Assembly: GCA_963558395.1 (NCBI GenBank)
Contig: CAUWGE010000002.1
Span: 899-64,898, forward strand
Direction of reading: 5' to 3'
Length of the DNA: 64,000 bases
Source: an uncultured Clostridia bacterium
Lineage (GTDB): Bacteria; Bacillota; Clostridia; TANB77; CAG-508
Shown: positions 30,794 to 41,414 of the stretch, piece after piece
Position numbering within the stretch: the stretch's first letter is position 1
How the letters are laid out: every line of letters starts with the position of its first letter
The notes under the pieces: model-generated
Databases searched by the model: none
What the model was told of the DNA's origin: nothing
Seen by the model: only the letters and a program-made list of their open reading frames with translations
Program-made: the position numbers and the translations under genes

Positions 30794-31174
30794 ATGGAGG
30801 TAAATAGTATAGGAATAGGAAATGATATAGGCAAAAAAGGTGAAAAGCTTGCCAAAGAATATTTAGAACAAAATAACTATAAAATTCTAACAACAAACTT
30901 TTATTGCAGACAAGGAGAAATCGATATAATTGCTAAGAAAGAAGACACAGTAATTTTTGTAGAGGTTAAAACTAGGTCGAACAATGCATATGGAAAACCA
31001 GCAGAGGCTATAACGAAAAAGAAGAAGATAAGAATGTTAAAAGCCATTAATTATTACCTATATAAATATGATGTAAGAGAATATGTTCGCATAGATGCAA
31101 TAGAAGTTAGCTTTAAGGAAAATAAATGGAATATTAATCATATAAAAAATGCTATATGGGAAGATGAAATTTAG
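30794..31174 (+). CDS. yraN: YraN family (UPF0102) protein
   Basis: GEIDIIA, FVEVKTR, RIDAIEV motifs; usual neighbour of comM. Confidence 0.88.
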   Translation: MEVNSIGIGNDIGKKGEKLAKEYLEQNNYKILTTNFYCRQGEIDIIAKKEDTVIFVEVKTRSNNAYGKPAEAITKKKKIRMLKAINYYLYKYDVREYVRIDAIEVSFKENKWNINHIKNAIWEDEI

Positions 31175-31241
31175 AGAAAATAAGTATTGCAAAATTAAAA
31201 AGATACATATATAATGTATAAAAACCATATAGGGGGAATAT

Positions 31242-32657
31242 ATGATGAAGAAAAATGAAACAAATTCTACACCAGAAAACGAAGCTTTGCAAAAAGAAAA
31301 AACTGTAAAAACAAAAGAAACTAAGCCAACAAAAAAAGAAAAATCTAAAGAACCAAGAGAAAAAAAGAGCAAAGCAAGTGGTAGCTATGTAACAGGAATT
31401 ATAGGAGCAATAGTAGGAGGAATTATTGCAACAATTCCATGGGTTTTAATGTATGTATATGGTAATATGATGTTATCAGCACTAGCAATCCTTATAGCAG
31501 CAGGAGAATTGCTTGGATACAAGCTTTTAAAAGGCAAAATGACAAAGGCTGTGCCAATTATAATTATGGCAATAGCAATTGTAATCGTATCAGTAACTAC
31601 ACTATTAGTAATACCAAGCGTGCTATTATATAATGAAGGAGTTGTAGTAAGTGTAAATACCTTAAAAGTACTATATGCAGATAGTGAGTTTACAGGAGCT
31701 ATAACACAAGATTTCATATTAGCAGTTGTATTTACTATATTAGGAGCAAGTGTTATTACAGCAAATATTAAAAAGCAAATTGCAGAAGGAACAGCAGGCA
31801 GATTAGAGGATTTTAGTAAAGAAGAGCTAGAAGAAAAAAAGAATTTAGCAATTCAAAAAATAAAACCAATATTTGAAAAGTTTAATGCAACAACAAAAGA
31901 ACATGGAATTTCAAAACAAGAACTATTTGCGGAATTTGAAGAGTCTGAAGAACTAAAGGCTAGCTTTAATTTTCTAAAGTCAATTAAAATAATAAACAAA
32001 GAAAAAGGAAAATATTACTTTTCAGAAGAAGTAGCTGAAAAACCGATTGAAATAAAGAAAAGCAAGAAAACGCATATAATAATAGCTTGTGCATTAGTAA
32101 TAATAATAGCTTTAGGTGTTGGAATAGGGATAGCCACAAATAAAGGTTTACTAGGAAATAATGAAGTTATAACAGATGGAATGTTGAGCTTTGAAATAAA
32201 TAAAAGCTGGACTGCATATAGCAATTATTATAATAGTGGATGGAGCTATTATAAATTCATAAACTCAGTTCCATTAGCAGATGATGCTAATGTTAATGAA
32301 ATAGCGTATGATGAATATCCAGCATACTTAAATGTTAGTTATTATGAAATTACAGCTGAAGATATTTCATCAATTGAAGATGTACAAAAGAATATGAAAG
32401 AATATGCAGAAAGTATGGAAGAACCACCAGCAGAGTATAAAGATGAAATAGTAAAAACATCAAAAGGTTATGATATGCTAAAAATAAGAACAGTATTTAA
32501 AGGAGACTATGATTGTGTAGAATATGCATATTATATTTTAAATGGAAAAAATTTAGCAACAGTAGATACATATTCATTTAACATGAAAGATGATGAATCA
32601 ATACAAAAAACAGCAGAAGAAATAGCAAATACACTTGAATGGAAAGAAGCGGAATAA
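31242..32657 (+). CDS. membrane protein with extracellular C-terminal domain
   Basis: several TM helices, 471 aa. Confidence 0.7.
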   Translation: MMKKNETNSTPENEALQKEKTVKTKETKPTKKEKSKEPREKKSKASGSYVTGIIGAIVGGIIATIPWVLMYVYGNMMLSALAILIAAGELLGYKLLKGKMTKAVPIIIMAIAIVIVSVTTLLVIPSVLLYNEGVVVSVNTLKVLYADSEFTGAITQDFILAVVFTILGASVITANIKKQIAEGTAGRLEDFSKEELEEKKNLAIQKIKPIFEKFNATTKEHGISKQELFAEFEESEELKASFNFLKSIKIINKEKGKYYFSEEVAEKPIEIKKSKKTHIIIACALVIIIALGVGIGIATNKGLLGNNEVITDGMLSFEINKSWTAYSNYYNSGWSYYKFINSVPLADDANVNEIAYDEYPAYLNVSYYEITAEDISSIEDVQKNMKEYAESMEEPPAEYKDEIVKTSKGYDMLKIRTVFKGDYDCVEYAYYILNGKNLATVDTYSFNMKDDESIQKTAEEIANTLEWKEAE

Positions 32658-32707
32658 GTAATAATAATAAATATGAAAAGGCATAAGAATATATAAAGTA
32701 AAATCTA

Positions 32708-32739
32708 ATAAACAGGTGGCAATATTGTCACCTGTTTAT
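32708..32739 (+). terminator. intrinsic terminator
   Basis: ATAAACAGGTGGCA...TGTCACCTGTTTAT. Confidence 0.7.
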
Positions 32740-32881
32740 ATATAAAGCAAAGAGGAGATAATTTATAAAAAATACATAGTAATGAGATGTATGAGGTTTT
32801 TTGTAAATATTTCAATACAACTATTGACATTTGTACCAATTTTGTGGTATCATAATTTATGTCGTAAGAATTATAATATTT

Positions 32882-32958
32882 GGGTCAGTAGCTCAGTTGG
32901 ATAGAGCATCGGCCTTCTAAGCCGAGGGTCGGGGGTTCGAATCCCTCCTGGCTCACCA
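32882..32958 (+). tRNA. tRNA-Arg(TCT)
   Basis: cloverleaf, anticodon arm TCGGC-CT-TCT-AA-GCCGA, CCA end. Confidence 0.95.
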
Positions 32959-32986
32959 TATTTTATTATAGTCTTATGTACATTAT

Positions 32987-33062
32987 CGAGGTGTAGCGCA
33001 GTTGGTAGCGCGCGTGGTTTGGGACCATGAGGTCGCAGGTTCGATCCCTGTCACCTCGACCA
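32987..33062 (+). tRNA. tRNA-Pro(TGG), integration target
   Basis: cloverleaf, CGTGG-TT-TGG-GA-CCATG anticodon arm, CCA end. Confidence 0.95.
33051..33062 (+). repeat. att core (left)
   Basis: TCACCTCGACCA = tRNA-Pro 3' end. Confidence 0.9.
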
Positions 33063-33310
33063 CTTTTTTGCCCTTTTTCAAGGGAATTTAAGAGAATTTG
33101 AAGAAATTCAAAAGTTATAAATTATGCTATTTTTCAATAAAAATGAAGAATAGCATAATTTTTTAAAGTTCAGAAAAATGCTATAAAATTTGCTTATTTT
33201 CTTCAAGAAAAAGTTTCAAGAAAATTTTTATAATTTTTCAAGAAAGTTTCAAGGAAAAATATCAAGTTGTTTTAAAGTTCTTCAGATAAATAGAAAGGAG
33301 AACTTTTTTT

Positions 33311-34216
33311 ATGGAATTTAAACCTTATAAAGATAATGAATATTTAGAAAATTCATATTATAAAATACCACAAGAACTATTTGTAAGTTCTTTATATAAA
33401 GATAAAATAAATTCAGATAGTAAAATACTATATGCTTTTTTACTAGACAGATTATCACTATCTCAAAAAAATCACTGGATAGATGAAGAAAGAAATATAT
33501 ATTTAATTTTTACAAGAGAAGAAGTACAAGAAAAATTGAATTTATCTGACAAGACTGCAACAAAAGCATTCAAACAGTTAGGTGATGTAGGACTTGTACA
33601 AGAGAAAAGACAAGGATTAGGAAGGCCTAATTTAATATATGTTGGAAAAATACAACATGAAGAAACGGAAAATTTACGTTTCTTGATTCGTAAAAATTAC
33701 GATTCTGGAAACGAAGATATTACGAATCTTGAATCGGAGAATTTACGAGGAATCGATACTAATAATATCAAAACTAATATAATCAATACTGATTCTATCA
33801 ATCCTAATAGCGATGATGAACTTCATTTAAAAGAAATAAAAGATAAATGCAAACTAGATGAATTTCCTCAAGAAGAAAAAACTATCTTAGAAGATGTTAT
33901 TGATAGCCTATATTATAAAGATAATTTGAAAGTTGGGAGTGTAACAGTTAATCACTACAAAATATTAGATAAATTAAAACTTATTGTTAAAGAAAATTTA
34001 ATACAGTTATTAGATATATTAAAAAATATACCTAATATACAAAATGCTAAAAATTATTTGATGATTTGCTTATATAATAATTTAGGAAATACACATATTA
34101 CTATCCCAAAGAAAAAAGAGAATACTACTTCATATAATGGAAGGGACTATGAAAATGGCTCACTTGATTTTCTATATGCTAACTTTGCTTATGATAACGA
34201 AGCAGTAACTTCGTAG
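33311..34216 (+). CDS. repA: replication initiator protein (RepA_N family)
   Basis: YYKIPQELF, KILYAFLLDRLSLSQKNHWIDE, KRQGLGRPNLIY motifs. Confidence 0.88.
   Translation: MEFKPYKDNEYLENSYYKIPQELFVSSLYKDKINSDSKILYAFLLDRLSLSQKNHWIDEERNIYLIFTREEVQEKLNLSDKTATKAFKQLGDVGLVQEKRQGLGRPNLIYVGKIQHEETENLRFLIRKNYDSGNEDITNLESENLRGIDTNNIKTNIINTDSINPNSDDELHLKEIKDKCKLDEFPQEEKTILEDVIDSLYYKDNLKVGSVTVNHYKILDKLKLIVKENLIQLLDILKNIPNIQNAKNYLMICLYNNLGNTHITIPKKKENTTSYNGRDYENGSLDFLYANFAYDNEAVTS
33665..33747 (+). repeat. four iteron-like repeats with 23-bp period inside repA
   Basis: ACGGAAAATTTACG, TCGTAAAAATTACG, ACGAAGATATTACG, TCGGAGAATTTACG; TACG at 33675, 33698, 33721, 33744. Confidence 0.75.
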
Positions 34217-34341
34217 GCATAGCTTTGATATGAAATTGCCAGCCATACTTATATGGGCAATTTCACTATAAATTATAATGACAAGTTCATTATAATTTAT
34301 AGCCTAAAAATGTTAAGGCATTTTTAGGAAAGCCTCGCAGA

Positions 34342-34382
34342 GCACACAGATAAGTTTGAAAAACTTGTCTAGTGTGTTAGAC
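34342..34382 (+). promoter_or_regulatory. MobV-type oriT
   Basis: GCACACA...TAGTGTGTTA inverted repeat resembling the pMV158 oriT/nic region, directly upstream of the relaxase. Confidence 0.75.
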
Positions 34383-34420
34383 AAATAAATTTGTTTCGAG
34401 CAAGAAAGGACTTCGGAGCA

Positions 34421-35644
34421 ATGAGTTATGCAATAGTAAGAAATGAAAAATTAACAAGGAGCCAAGCTAATGGAATATGTGTTCATAATGATAGAAAAGC
34501 AAAAAATCATTCAAATAAGGAAATAGATATTAGCAAATCAAACTTAAATTATTACTTCAAGCAAAATGAATTAAGTTACACAAAAGAATTTGACAAACTA
34601 AAGAAGAAATACAATTTACAAGGACAAATAAGAAGCAACAGCATAATAATGTGCGAAATGATATTTACATCAGATAAAGAATTCTTTGATACAATTGGAA
34701 TGGAAGAAACTAAAAGATATTTTGAAGAAAGTTACAAGTTTATTTGTAATTATAAAAATCTCGGAGAGAAAAATATAATATCAGCTGTAGTTCATTTTGA
34801 TGAAACAACTCCACATATGCATTTGATTTATATTCCAGTAATCCAAACAAAAGATAAAGATGGACATGAAATTGATAAAGTATGTTGTAGGGATTTTTGG
34901 AAAGGTAGAGATAGTTATAGAAATTTGCAAAATGCTTTTCACGAATATATAACTGGCAAAGGATTTGACTTGCAAAGAGGATTACCTGCAGAAGAAACTA
35001 AAAGAAAAAATGAAACAATTCAAAATTATAAACAAATAACTAATTTTGAAAATACAAAAAGGGTTTTAGAAAATATAACATTAGAATTACCTAAAACGCC
35101 TAATATTAAAGAGTTTAAAAGAGCTATATTTAATCGTGATGAAAAAATAGAAAATGCAATAATAAAACCTAGAGATGAACTAATCCAAAAGCTTTATCAA
35201 GAAAACAAGACATTGCATAAAGAATTATCAAGACAAGTAAATACAGTAGATTTTGCAGAAAATTTCAAGGAAGATTATATAAAAATGACAGAAAAGAACA
35301 TAAATTTAAGGCTCTCAAATAGTTTGCTTAAAGAAGAATTGGAAAATAAAGAAAAAGAACTGGAATTAAAGTATGAAAGTAAAGCCTATAATATGGAACA
35401 TGAATATAAAAAAGAAATCCATAAATTAAAGCAGAAAAATAAGAACTTAAATAAAATGATTGATAAATTTAAAGTGACTTTAAAAAGATTTATTAAATGG
35501 CTTTGCCATAAGTTTTCATATCCGTCTGAGGATGAACTTGTACGAGATTTTGAGAAAGAAACATATAATAACTTTAATTTTGAAAAACAACTCGATATAA
35601 ATGAATTTAAGGAGAAAGAAAACGATTTTGATAGAGAATATTGA
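34421..35644 (+). CDS. mobV: MobV (Mob/Pre) relaxase
   Basis: MSYAIVRNEK, HNDR, HFDETTPHMH motifs, coiled-coil C-terminus. Confidence 0.9.
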   Translation: MSYAIVRNEKLTRSQANGICVHNDRKAKNHSNKEIDISKSNLNYYFKQNELSYTKEFDKLKKKYNLQGQIRSNSIIMCEMIFTSDKEFFDTIGMEETKRYFEESYKFICNYKNLGEKNIISAVVHFDETTPHMHLIYIPVIQTKDKDGHEIDKVCCRDFWKGRDSYRNLQNAFHEYITGKGFDLQRGLPAEETKRKNETIQNYKQITNFENTKRVLENITLELPKTPNIKEFKRAIFNRDEKIENAIIKPRDELIQKLYQENKTLHKELSRQVNTVDFAENFKEDYIKMTEKNINLRLSNSLLKEELENKEKELELKYESKAYNMEHEYKKEIHKLKQKNKNLNKMIDKFKVTLKRFIKWLCHKFSYPSEDELVRDFEKETYNNFNFEKQLDINEFKEKENDFDREY

Positions 35645-35698
35645 AGAGAGCAAATTTATGAACTGCTCTCTTTAATGCACTTTGCAATTTATGAACAA

Positions 35699-37432
35699 TT
35701 ATATACTTATTGAAAATTCTTCATTTTCATATAACATTTTGTATTCACAACTTGTACTAATTAATTCTTTATGAGTACCATTAGCAATGATTTTATGATT
35801 ATGTAATAAATATATATTATCTGAATCAACAATTGTACTTAATCTATGAGCTACTATAACAACAGTATGATCTTTAGATAATTCCTTTATAACATTTTTA
35901 ATTCTTTCTTGGTTGTTGTTATCTAAGCTACTCGTAGCTTCATCTAATAATATAATTTTTGATTTTCTAATCAAAGCTCTAGCAATAGCTATTCTTTGTT
36001 TTTGACCACCACTTAATATAACACCATTTTCTCCAACTAAAGTATTATACGCATCTTTCATTGCCATTATATCATCATGTATTTGAGATTTTTTACATAC
36101 TTCAATTATTTCTTCATCAGTTGCTTCTGGTTTTGCTAGTTTAATATTTTCTTTAATTGACAAATTAAAGATATATGGAGATTGAGAAACAATAGAAATA
36201 TTATTTCTAATTGTGTTTTCAGATAATTCATTAATATCAGTATCATCTATTAAAATTTTACCACTATTTAATTTATAATTTTTTCCTATTAGTTTTAATA
36301 TTGTTGATTTACCTTCTCCACTTTTTCCAACAAATGCTACCATAGTATTAGGTTTTATTTCAAAACTTAAATCTTTAAATAATTCTTTATTATTATATTG
36401 AAAATTTACATCTTGAAATTTTATTTTACCTATTATATCTGTTAACTGGGTATCACCATATGAGTCTTTGGTAAATGTATTATAATCGATAATATCAAAA
36501 ACTCTTATTGCAGATACTTTTCCATCAGCAAATTTCTCTCTTATTTCTGATATATAATCTATTAAATTTAATACTTTATTCTTATATAAAAATATTATCA
36601 AGAAAGAGCTGATTTGTAGTGTATTATTTGTTATAAAATAAATAGAAAGAATTATAAATATAAAATCTAATATATGTTGAAAAGTTTTAATATATCTATT
36701 CCAAGTTCTTCTTGTATGAGTCTTTTTTATATCATAACTTATTACATCTTTTTGTTTAATATTTATTCTATCTAATAAGGTATCTTTTAAATTTAAATTT
36801 TGAACTTCTCTAATTCCTCTTATTACATCTGTGTATATACCTACTATTTCTTCATCTTTTTGTTTATACTTGGCTTTTACATTTTTATAGTAAAATAATT
36901 TTTTAGAAGTCAATATATATACTAATATAATATTTAATATCAAAAACAATCCAAGATATTTATTAAGATATAATACATATATAATAAAGCTTAAATTTAG
37001 AATAATCCCTGATAAATCATCTGTTATATAATCAAATAATTCAGATAATTCAGATGTATCTTTATTTAATCTTGAGATAAATATACCTGAATTAGTATTA
37101 TCATAATTTTTTAACTCAAAATTAGTTAAGCTTTGTATCATATCGTGTTTTAAATCAAAATTCACTTTTCCGTTGAGTTTTAAAACTGCTCTTGACCATA
37201 GATTAGTAACTATTTCTATTACAATTCGCAATATCATAAGGAAAAGTGCAATTTTTAATATATTAGATTTATCAAAATTTTCAAAATATCCTAACATCTT
37301 TCCTTCGTAAATAGGCGAAAGTAATGATATTCCAGCATATCCTAAACTTAATATAATAACTATAATACATAGAAATTTGTATTTTTTATAATATTTAATT
37401 AATTTTATTAAACTTTTCGTGTCTTTTTTCAT
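35699..37432 (-). CDS. ABC exporter, fused permease/ATPase (IME cargo)
   Basis: TM domain plus GKSGEGKST, LSGGQKQR, LLDEATS. Confidence 0.9.
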   Translation of the reverse strand: MKKDTKSLIKLIKYYKKYKFLCIIVIILSLGYAGISLLSPIYEGKMLGYFENFDKSNILKIALFLMILRIVIEIVTNLWSRAVLKLNGKVNFDLKHDMIQSLTNFELKNYDNTNSGIFISRLNKDTSELSELFDYITDDLSGIILNLSFIIYVLYLNKYLGLFLILNIILVYILTSKKLFYYKNVKAKYKQKDEEIVGIYTDVIRGIREVQNLNLKDTLLDRINIKQKDVISYDIKKTHTRRTWNRYIKTFQHILDFIFIILSIYFITNNTLQISSFLIIFLYKNKVLNLIDYISEIREKFADGKVSAIRVFDIIDYNTFTKDSYGDTQLTDIIGKIKFQDVNFQYNNKELFKDLSFEIKPNTMVAFVGKSGEGKSTILKLIGKNYKLNSGKILIDDTDINELSENTIRNNISIVSQSPYIFNLSIKENIKLAKPEATDEEIIEVCKKSQIHDDIMAMKDAYNTLVGENGVILSGGQKQRIAIARALIRKSKIILLDEATSSLDNNNQERIKNVIKELSKDHTVVIVAHRLSTIVDSDNIYLLHNHKIIANGTHKELISTSCEYKMLYENEEFSISI

Positions 37433-37437
37433 TCCTG

Positions 37438-37944
37438 TTATTCCTTTATTAAATTCATTTTAATTAATGCATCTTCTAAACATTCATTTTTATCAATAAA
37501 TATAATATTTTTTATATTGTATTCTCTTATTCTAGGATACCATAAATTAACTTTATCTTTTATTGCTTGAGCCCATTCTTCGGTATTTCCTCTATCTATA
37601 CATCTTTGTTTTAAAACATCTCCAGAATCTAATTTAGGATAAGCTAAATAGAAACTAATATTATTTTTATTAAAATATTCTAATAACTTCCAATGCATAG
37701 ATGTTAAAACTATATCATATTTTTTTCTAGCCTCTAAAATAGCTTTAATATAGTTTTCAGGAAATTTATCATTTGGTATTCTTTCTTTTTTCCCTTTGTT
37801 AGTCTCTATTTCTTCAAGCGTCATTTTATTTTTATACTTCCATTGATATAAACTTGACTCTAAATCTATTATATTATCATATTTTTGTGCTAATGTTGTT
37901 TTTCCTAATGCTGTAAATCCTGCTATAATAATTCCTTGTTTCAT
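37438..37944 (-). CDS. small P-loop NTPase/kinase-like protein
   Basis: GFTALGKTT Walker A-like motif at the N-terminus. Confidence 0.6.
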   Translation of the reverse strand: MKQGIIIAGFTALGKTTLAQKYDNIIDLESSLYQWKYKNKMTLEEIETNKGKKERIPNDKFPENYIKAILEARKKYDIVLTSMHWKLLEYFNKNNISFYLAYPKLDSGDVLKQRCIDRGNTEEWAQAIKDKVNLWYPRIREYNIKNIIFIDKNECLEDALIKMNLIKE

Positions 37945-38045
37945 AAATACTCCCTTTTTTACAAATTTTAGTCGATACCTTTATTTTTTTTGATTTTCGT
38001 TTAAACTATCTGGTAATTTATCTATAATCAAGTTACAGTCAAGTT

Positions 38046-38124
38046 AAAATTATCCGGAAAATTATCCGATACTTTTTGAAAATTATCCGATACTTTATCC
38101 GGTACTTCCGGATAAAGTATCGGA
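38046..38124. repeat. tandem AAAATTATCCG repeats and perfect 17-bp inverted repeat
   Basis: TCCGATACTTTATCCGG (38086-38102) / CCGGATAAAGTATCGGA (38108-38124). Confidence 0.85.
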
Positions 38125-38132
38125 ACAAATAA

Positions 38133-39791
38133 CTATTTTTTTGCCCATACTGGATAACGAGTTGTTCCAATATTCTTTATTTTTTCTTGTTTCTTCTGTA
38201 AGCAAACATTCACAAGATACTTTATTTTTGTTTTCTTTTGCTCTTTGTTTAGATGGTCAGGCAATTTGCTTATCAATAATTCATCTAAATCTTTCTTTGT
38301 AATACTTCCAAAGTCATTTATATATTTCAAAACTAAATCTTTATAATATTGATCATTGAATCCGGATTTTTTAGTATAGGAAACTTTATCATCAACAATT
38401 TCAGAGATTTGTTTAGAAACATATATATTAGGATATCTTCCTTCAATTAAATTGTCTTTACGAAGAATATCGGATTGCTCTTTAGATATTGGGATATTTT
38501 TTTGTACTCTATCTAAAAGCATAACTTCTTGTAGGCTTAAATCAGTTTTTTCAAATAATACTTGAGAGTATTTTTCATCTAGAATTTTACCATATATAGT
38601 TACTTTTACTCTATCTTTTTCACTTAAGTCATAATCTGGCATAGGGAAGAATCTTTCTCTTAACTTTTCAAAACTTCTTCTTATTCCCATACCTGCGGTA
38701 TCAATCATATTTAAATTAACCATTGCTTGTGCTAAAAATTGATTTCTATAATATGGTGGAACATAACCCTCATTTATAATTAAAGTATCGACTGATTGAG
38801 GTATAAATCTCCCTTCATTCAATATCATTAATTTATCTCTCATTTCGATAATGTTTACTCTTCCACCTTTTCTATAGTCTTGATGTGCAATGGCATTATT
38901 TAATAACTCACGAAGAATATTTATATCATATTTATCTACTTCATTTGGAAAAAGTGTTGTTTGACTTGGCATATATCTATATCTCAAATTTCTGATTTTT
39001 TCACTAGCTTTATCCATTGTAATAATAAATGGAATTGTAAAATGTTCATAGTCAATAATATCCGTACCTTCTTGTAATTTCCAAGTTATATAAGGAATAT
39101 AATTATCAACATATGTATTTGTATCTTCACTTCCTAATAATAGCCATGCAGCACGAGTTACTTTACCATTTAACAAAACTTTTGCTTTATTTAAAAAGGT
39201 AATATCATCCATTTTATCAATTTCATCTGCAATTTCTTTATTTTCATTTTTCTTTTTAAATTGTTCTCTAGCTTTTAATATAGCATTTTTATCTAAATCA
39301 TCAACTGTTAAGTCACTAATAATTTGTCTTGTCCAATCAACATTTACTGTAGATAATATTGTATCTCTTTTTACATCATTTAAAGGAATTAGTGACTCAT
39401 CATTTCTATCGTAAGCAATGTTTTTCCAAGTAGTTGGTACTCCAATTGCTGCAGGAATTTTAAACATTATAACTCTATTACTATCAATTTCAAATTCATA
39501 TATATCCATAAATGTCATATTATCATTAGTTGATTGAGTTATTTCTTTTTTCAAGCTGTTTAAATTAGCACCTTTTCTATAATTAGTATTTACAAATTCA
39601 TGAGTTTTATCACTTACTCCAAATACAAGCCAAGCATATTGTTTTCCTACTAAATTAGCACCATTACTTAATGCAGAAAAATATCTTCCAAGTTCATTAA
39701 AATCAAAATTATTTTTAGCTTCCTTATATTCAACATATTCTTTTTCGTTTTCTTTAATTAAAGAAAGTAATATATTTTTTATTTCTTCCAT
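38133..39791 (-). CDS. Schlafen/AlbA_2 domain protein with ATP-binding (HATPase_c_4-like) and HTH domains
   Basis: EYVEYKEA...SALSNGA..LVFGVSD; RELLNNAIAHQDY; YRN..LA; GMGI motifs. Confidence 0.8.
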   Translation of the reverse strand: MEEIKNILLSLIKENEKEYVEYKEAKNNFDFNELGRYFSALSNGANLVGKQYAWLVFGVSDKTHEFVNTNYRKGANLNSLKKEITQSTNDNMTFMDIYEFEIDSNRVIMFKIPAAIGVPTTWKNIAYDRNDESLIPLNDVKRDTILSTVNVDWTRQIISDLTVDDLDKNAILKAREQFKKKNENKEIADEIDKMDDITFLNKAKVLLNGKVTRAAWLLLGSEDTNTYVDNYIPYITWKLQEGTDIIDYEHFTIPFIITMDKASEKIRNLRYRYMPSQTTLFPNEVDKYDINILRELLNNAIAHQDYRKGGRVNIIEMRDKLMILNEGRFIPQSVDTLIINEGYVPPYYRNQFLAQAMVNLNMIDTAGMGIRRSFEKLRERFFPMPDYDLSEKDRVKVTIYGKILDEKYSQVLFEKTDLSLQEVMLLDRVQKNIPISKEQSDILRKDNLIEGRYPNIYVSKQISEIVDDKVSYTKKSGFNDQYYKDLVLKYINDFGSITKKDLDELLISKLPDHLNKEQKKTKIKYLVNVCLQKKQEKIKNIGTTRYPVWAKK

Positions 39792-39813
39792 TTAGAATCC
39801 CTCCAATTCAGTA

Positions 39814-40680
39814 TTAATTTTCTTCCTCTTGAGCTCTTTTTCTAAAACTATAAACATTAGCTTTATTCTTGCATTGTGGTGTATCATATTCTGCCTTTGA
39901 GTTTTTAGGTATAAAAGCTTTATGGCAAAATTTACAAATCTTAAGCATAATCGTATCTTGTGATAAATTTACTAAAAAATTCAAATCTATTGCTTGTTTT
40001 AAATAACCATAAACTAAACCTATTTCATTATTATGCAAGCTATCTATATTAGTATAAAGATTATTTATTGCTATAAGTGGAGAATAATTCATTAAGTGAC
40101 GTTCTTCTACAAAGTGAACTAAATGTTCATAAAGAATTTTTGCATATTGTAAAATCATATCAACAGGTTCTCCATAGTTTTTAGAGAAAATTAAAAATTC
40201 ATTTAGCTCTGGTGTAAGATATTTTTCCATAATTCTAGGAGATATATCTTTTCTACATTTTGCAATAAGTTCTTTAATTTGATTACTATTTAGTTTTGGC
40301 ATAAAGAAATTTAAGTATTCTTCTAATTTCATATTTGTTATATGATCTTCGTAATTAATTAAATTATAATCTCTTAAAGCAACAGTATCATCTAACACAT
40401 AATATCTATTAACTGGAAAATCAGCCATAAATCCAAATAAGCCATAGTTTCGTACATAATCTAAAATTTCTATATCTTCAACTTCTTCATTGTAATATAC
40501 TTTTTTTCCAATATTTAAAATATCTATTAAATATCTATCTATCCAATCAGAAAAAGTTGAAGCATGATTTTTAGCTCCTTTTTCTGGTAGAACATATCTT
40601 TTTCCGTTTATTTCTTCGATTACATATCTGTCAAAAGCTAGGCAGAAACGTTGATTTTCTATATAAAAATTAGCTTTCAT
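39814..40680 (-). CDS. putative regulator with C-terminal CGNR-like zinc finger
   Basis: CKFCHKAF...YDTPQCKNKANV. Confidence 0.6.
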   Translation of the reverse strand: MKANFYIENQRFCLAFDRYVIEEINGKRYVLPEKGAKNHASTFSDWIDRYLIDILNIGKKVYYNEEVEDIEILDYVRNYGLFGFMADFPVNRYYVLDDTVALRDYNLINYEDHITNMKLEEYLNFFMPKLNSNQIKELIAKCRKDISPRIMEKYLTPELNEFLIFSKNYGEPVDMILQYAKILYEHLVHFVEERHLMNYSPLIAINNLYTNIDSLHNNEIGLVYGYLKQAIDLNFLVNLSQDTIMLKICKFCHKAFIPKNSKAEYDTPQCKNKANVYSFRKRAQEEEN

Positions 40681-40722
40681 TTTCCACTCCTAAAAAATAT
40701 TTAAATTTTTCGTTGTAATCAC

Positions 40723-40775
40723 TTGACAAATTATAAAGATTACGTTATAATCTGATAAAATCAAGTAATTACTTG
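40723..40775 (+). promoter_or_regulatory. sigma-A promoter and palindromic operator upstream of xis/int
   Basis: TTGACA-17bp-TATAAT (40723-40751); palindrome CAAGTAATTACTTG (40762-40775). Confidence 0.65.
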
Positions 40776-41047
40776 TTGATATATATAGATTACAATAATT
40801 ACTTTAAAAAGTCAATAGAATTACCCAAAATTCTTTAAATAGCACATTGAAAATTGAATATTTCAGTTGTTAGATACAGCATAATGAGACACTTGCATAG
40901 CCTTAACTCATCGTATAGGGTGCAACTCGGACGGAGTCGGAGTGGTGAAATTCCAGTGGAGTAATGTAAATTACCATCTAATAATTCCCAGATGATGAGG
41001 GACAAGGAAAATATCATCATAAATAAAGCACGAAAGGAGAAAAACTT

Positions 41048-41242
41048 ATGGAAAACGAAATCAAATTTTATACTACAGCAGATGTAAGAAGAATATTAGG
41101 AATAGGAAATAAAACATGTTTAGACTTATTCCATCGTTCTGATTTTCCTTGCATTAAAGTCGGAAAATCATTTAAAGTTGCTGTAAGTTCATTTAATGAA
41201 TACGTAAGTACACGTAGAGTTTTAAGTGAAGTAAATGAGTAA
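41048..41242 (+). CDS. xis: excisionase-like HTH protein
   Basis: 64 aa, YTTADVRRILGIG...FPCIKVG, upstream of integrase. Confidence 0.8.
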   Translation: MENEIKFYTTADVRRILGIGNKTCLDLFHRSDFPCIKVGKSFKVAVSSFNEYVSTRRVLSEVNE

Positions 41243-41414
41243 GATTACAACAGATAAAAAAAGAAGATTTAAATATGCGACATTTAAACCTTCAAACTAC
41301 TATTTTAAATCGAATACAAGAAAACTCTTGTTATAGTATTGAAATAATTATACACAAAAAATCAAAATATATCAAGAGTTTTCCTTAAATTTAACAAGAA
41401 AGGAAAGCAAAGAA

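Noticed and set aside
38046-38124. Possible mini-CRISPR array
   Set aside because: Repeats are ~11 bp with no unique spacers of regular length, and there are no cas genes in the window.
40835-41020. 61-aa minus-strand ORF in the xis leader
   Set aside because: No RBS or recognisable motifs; the region is better explained as a non-coding leader.
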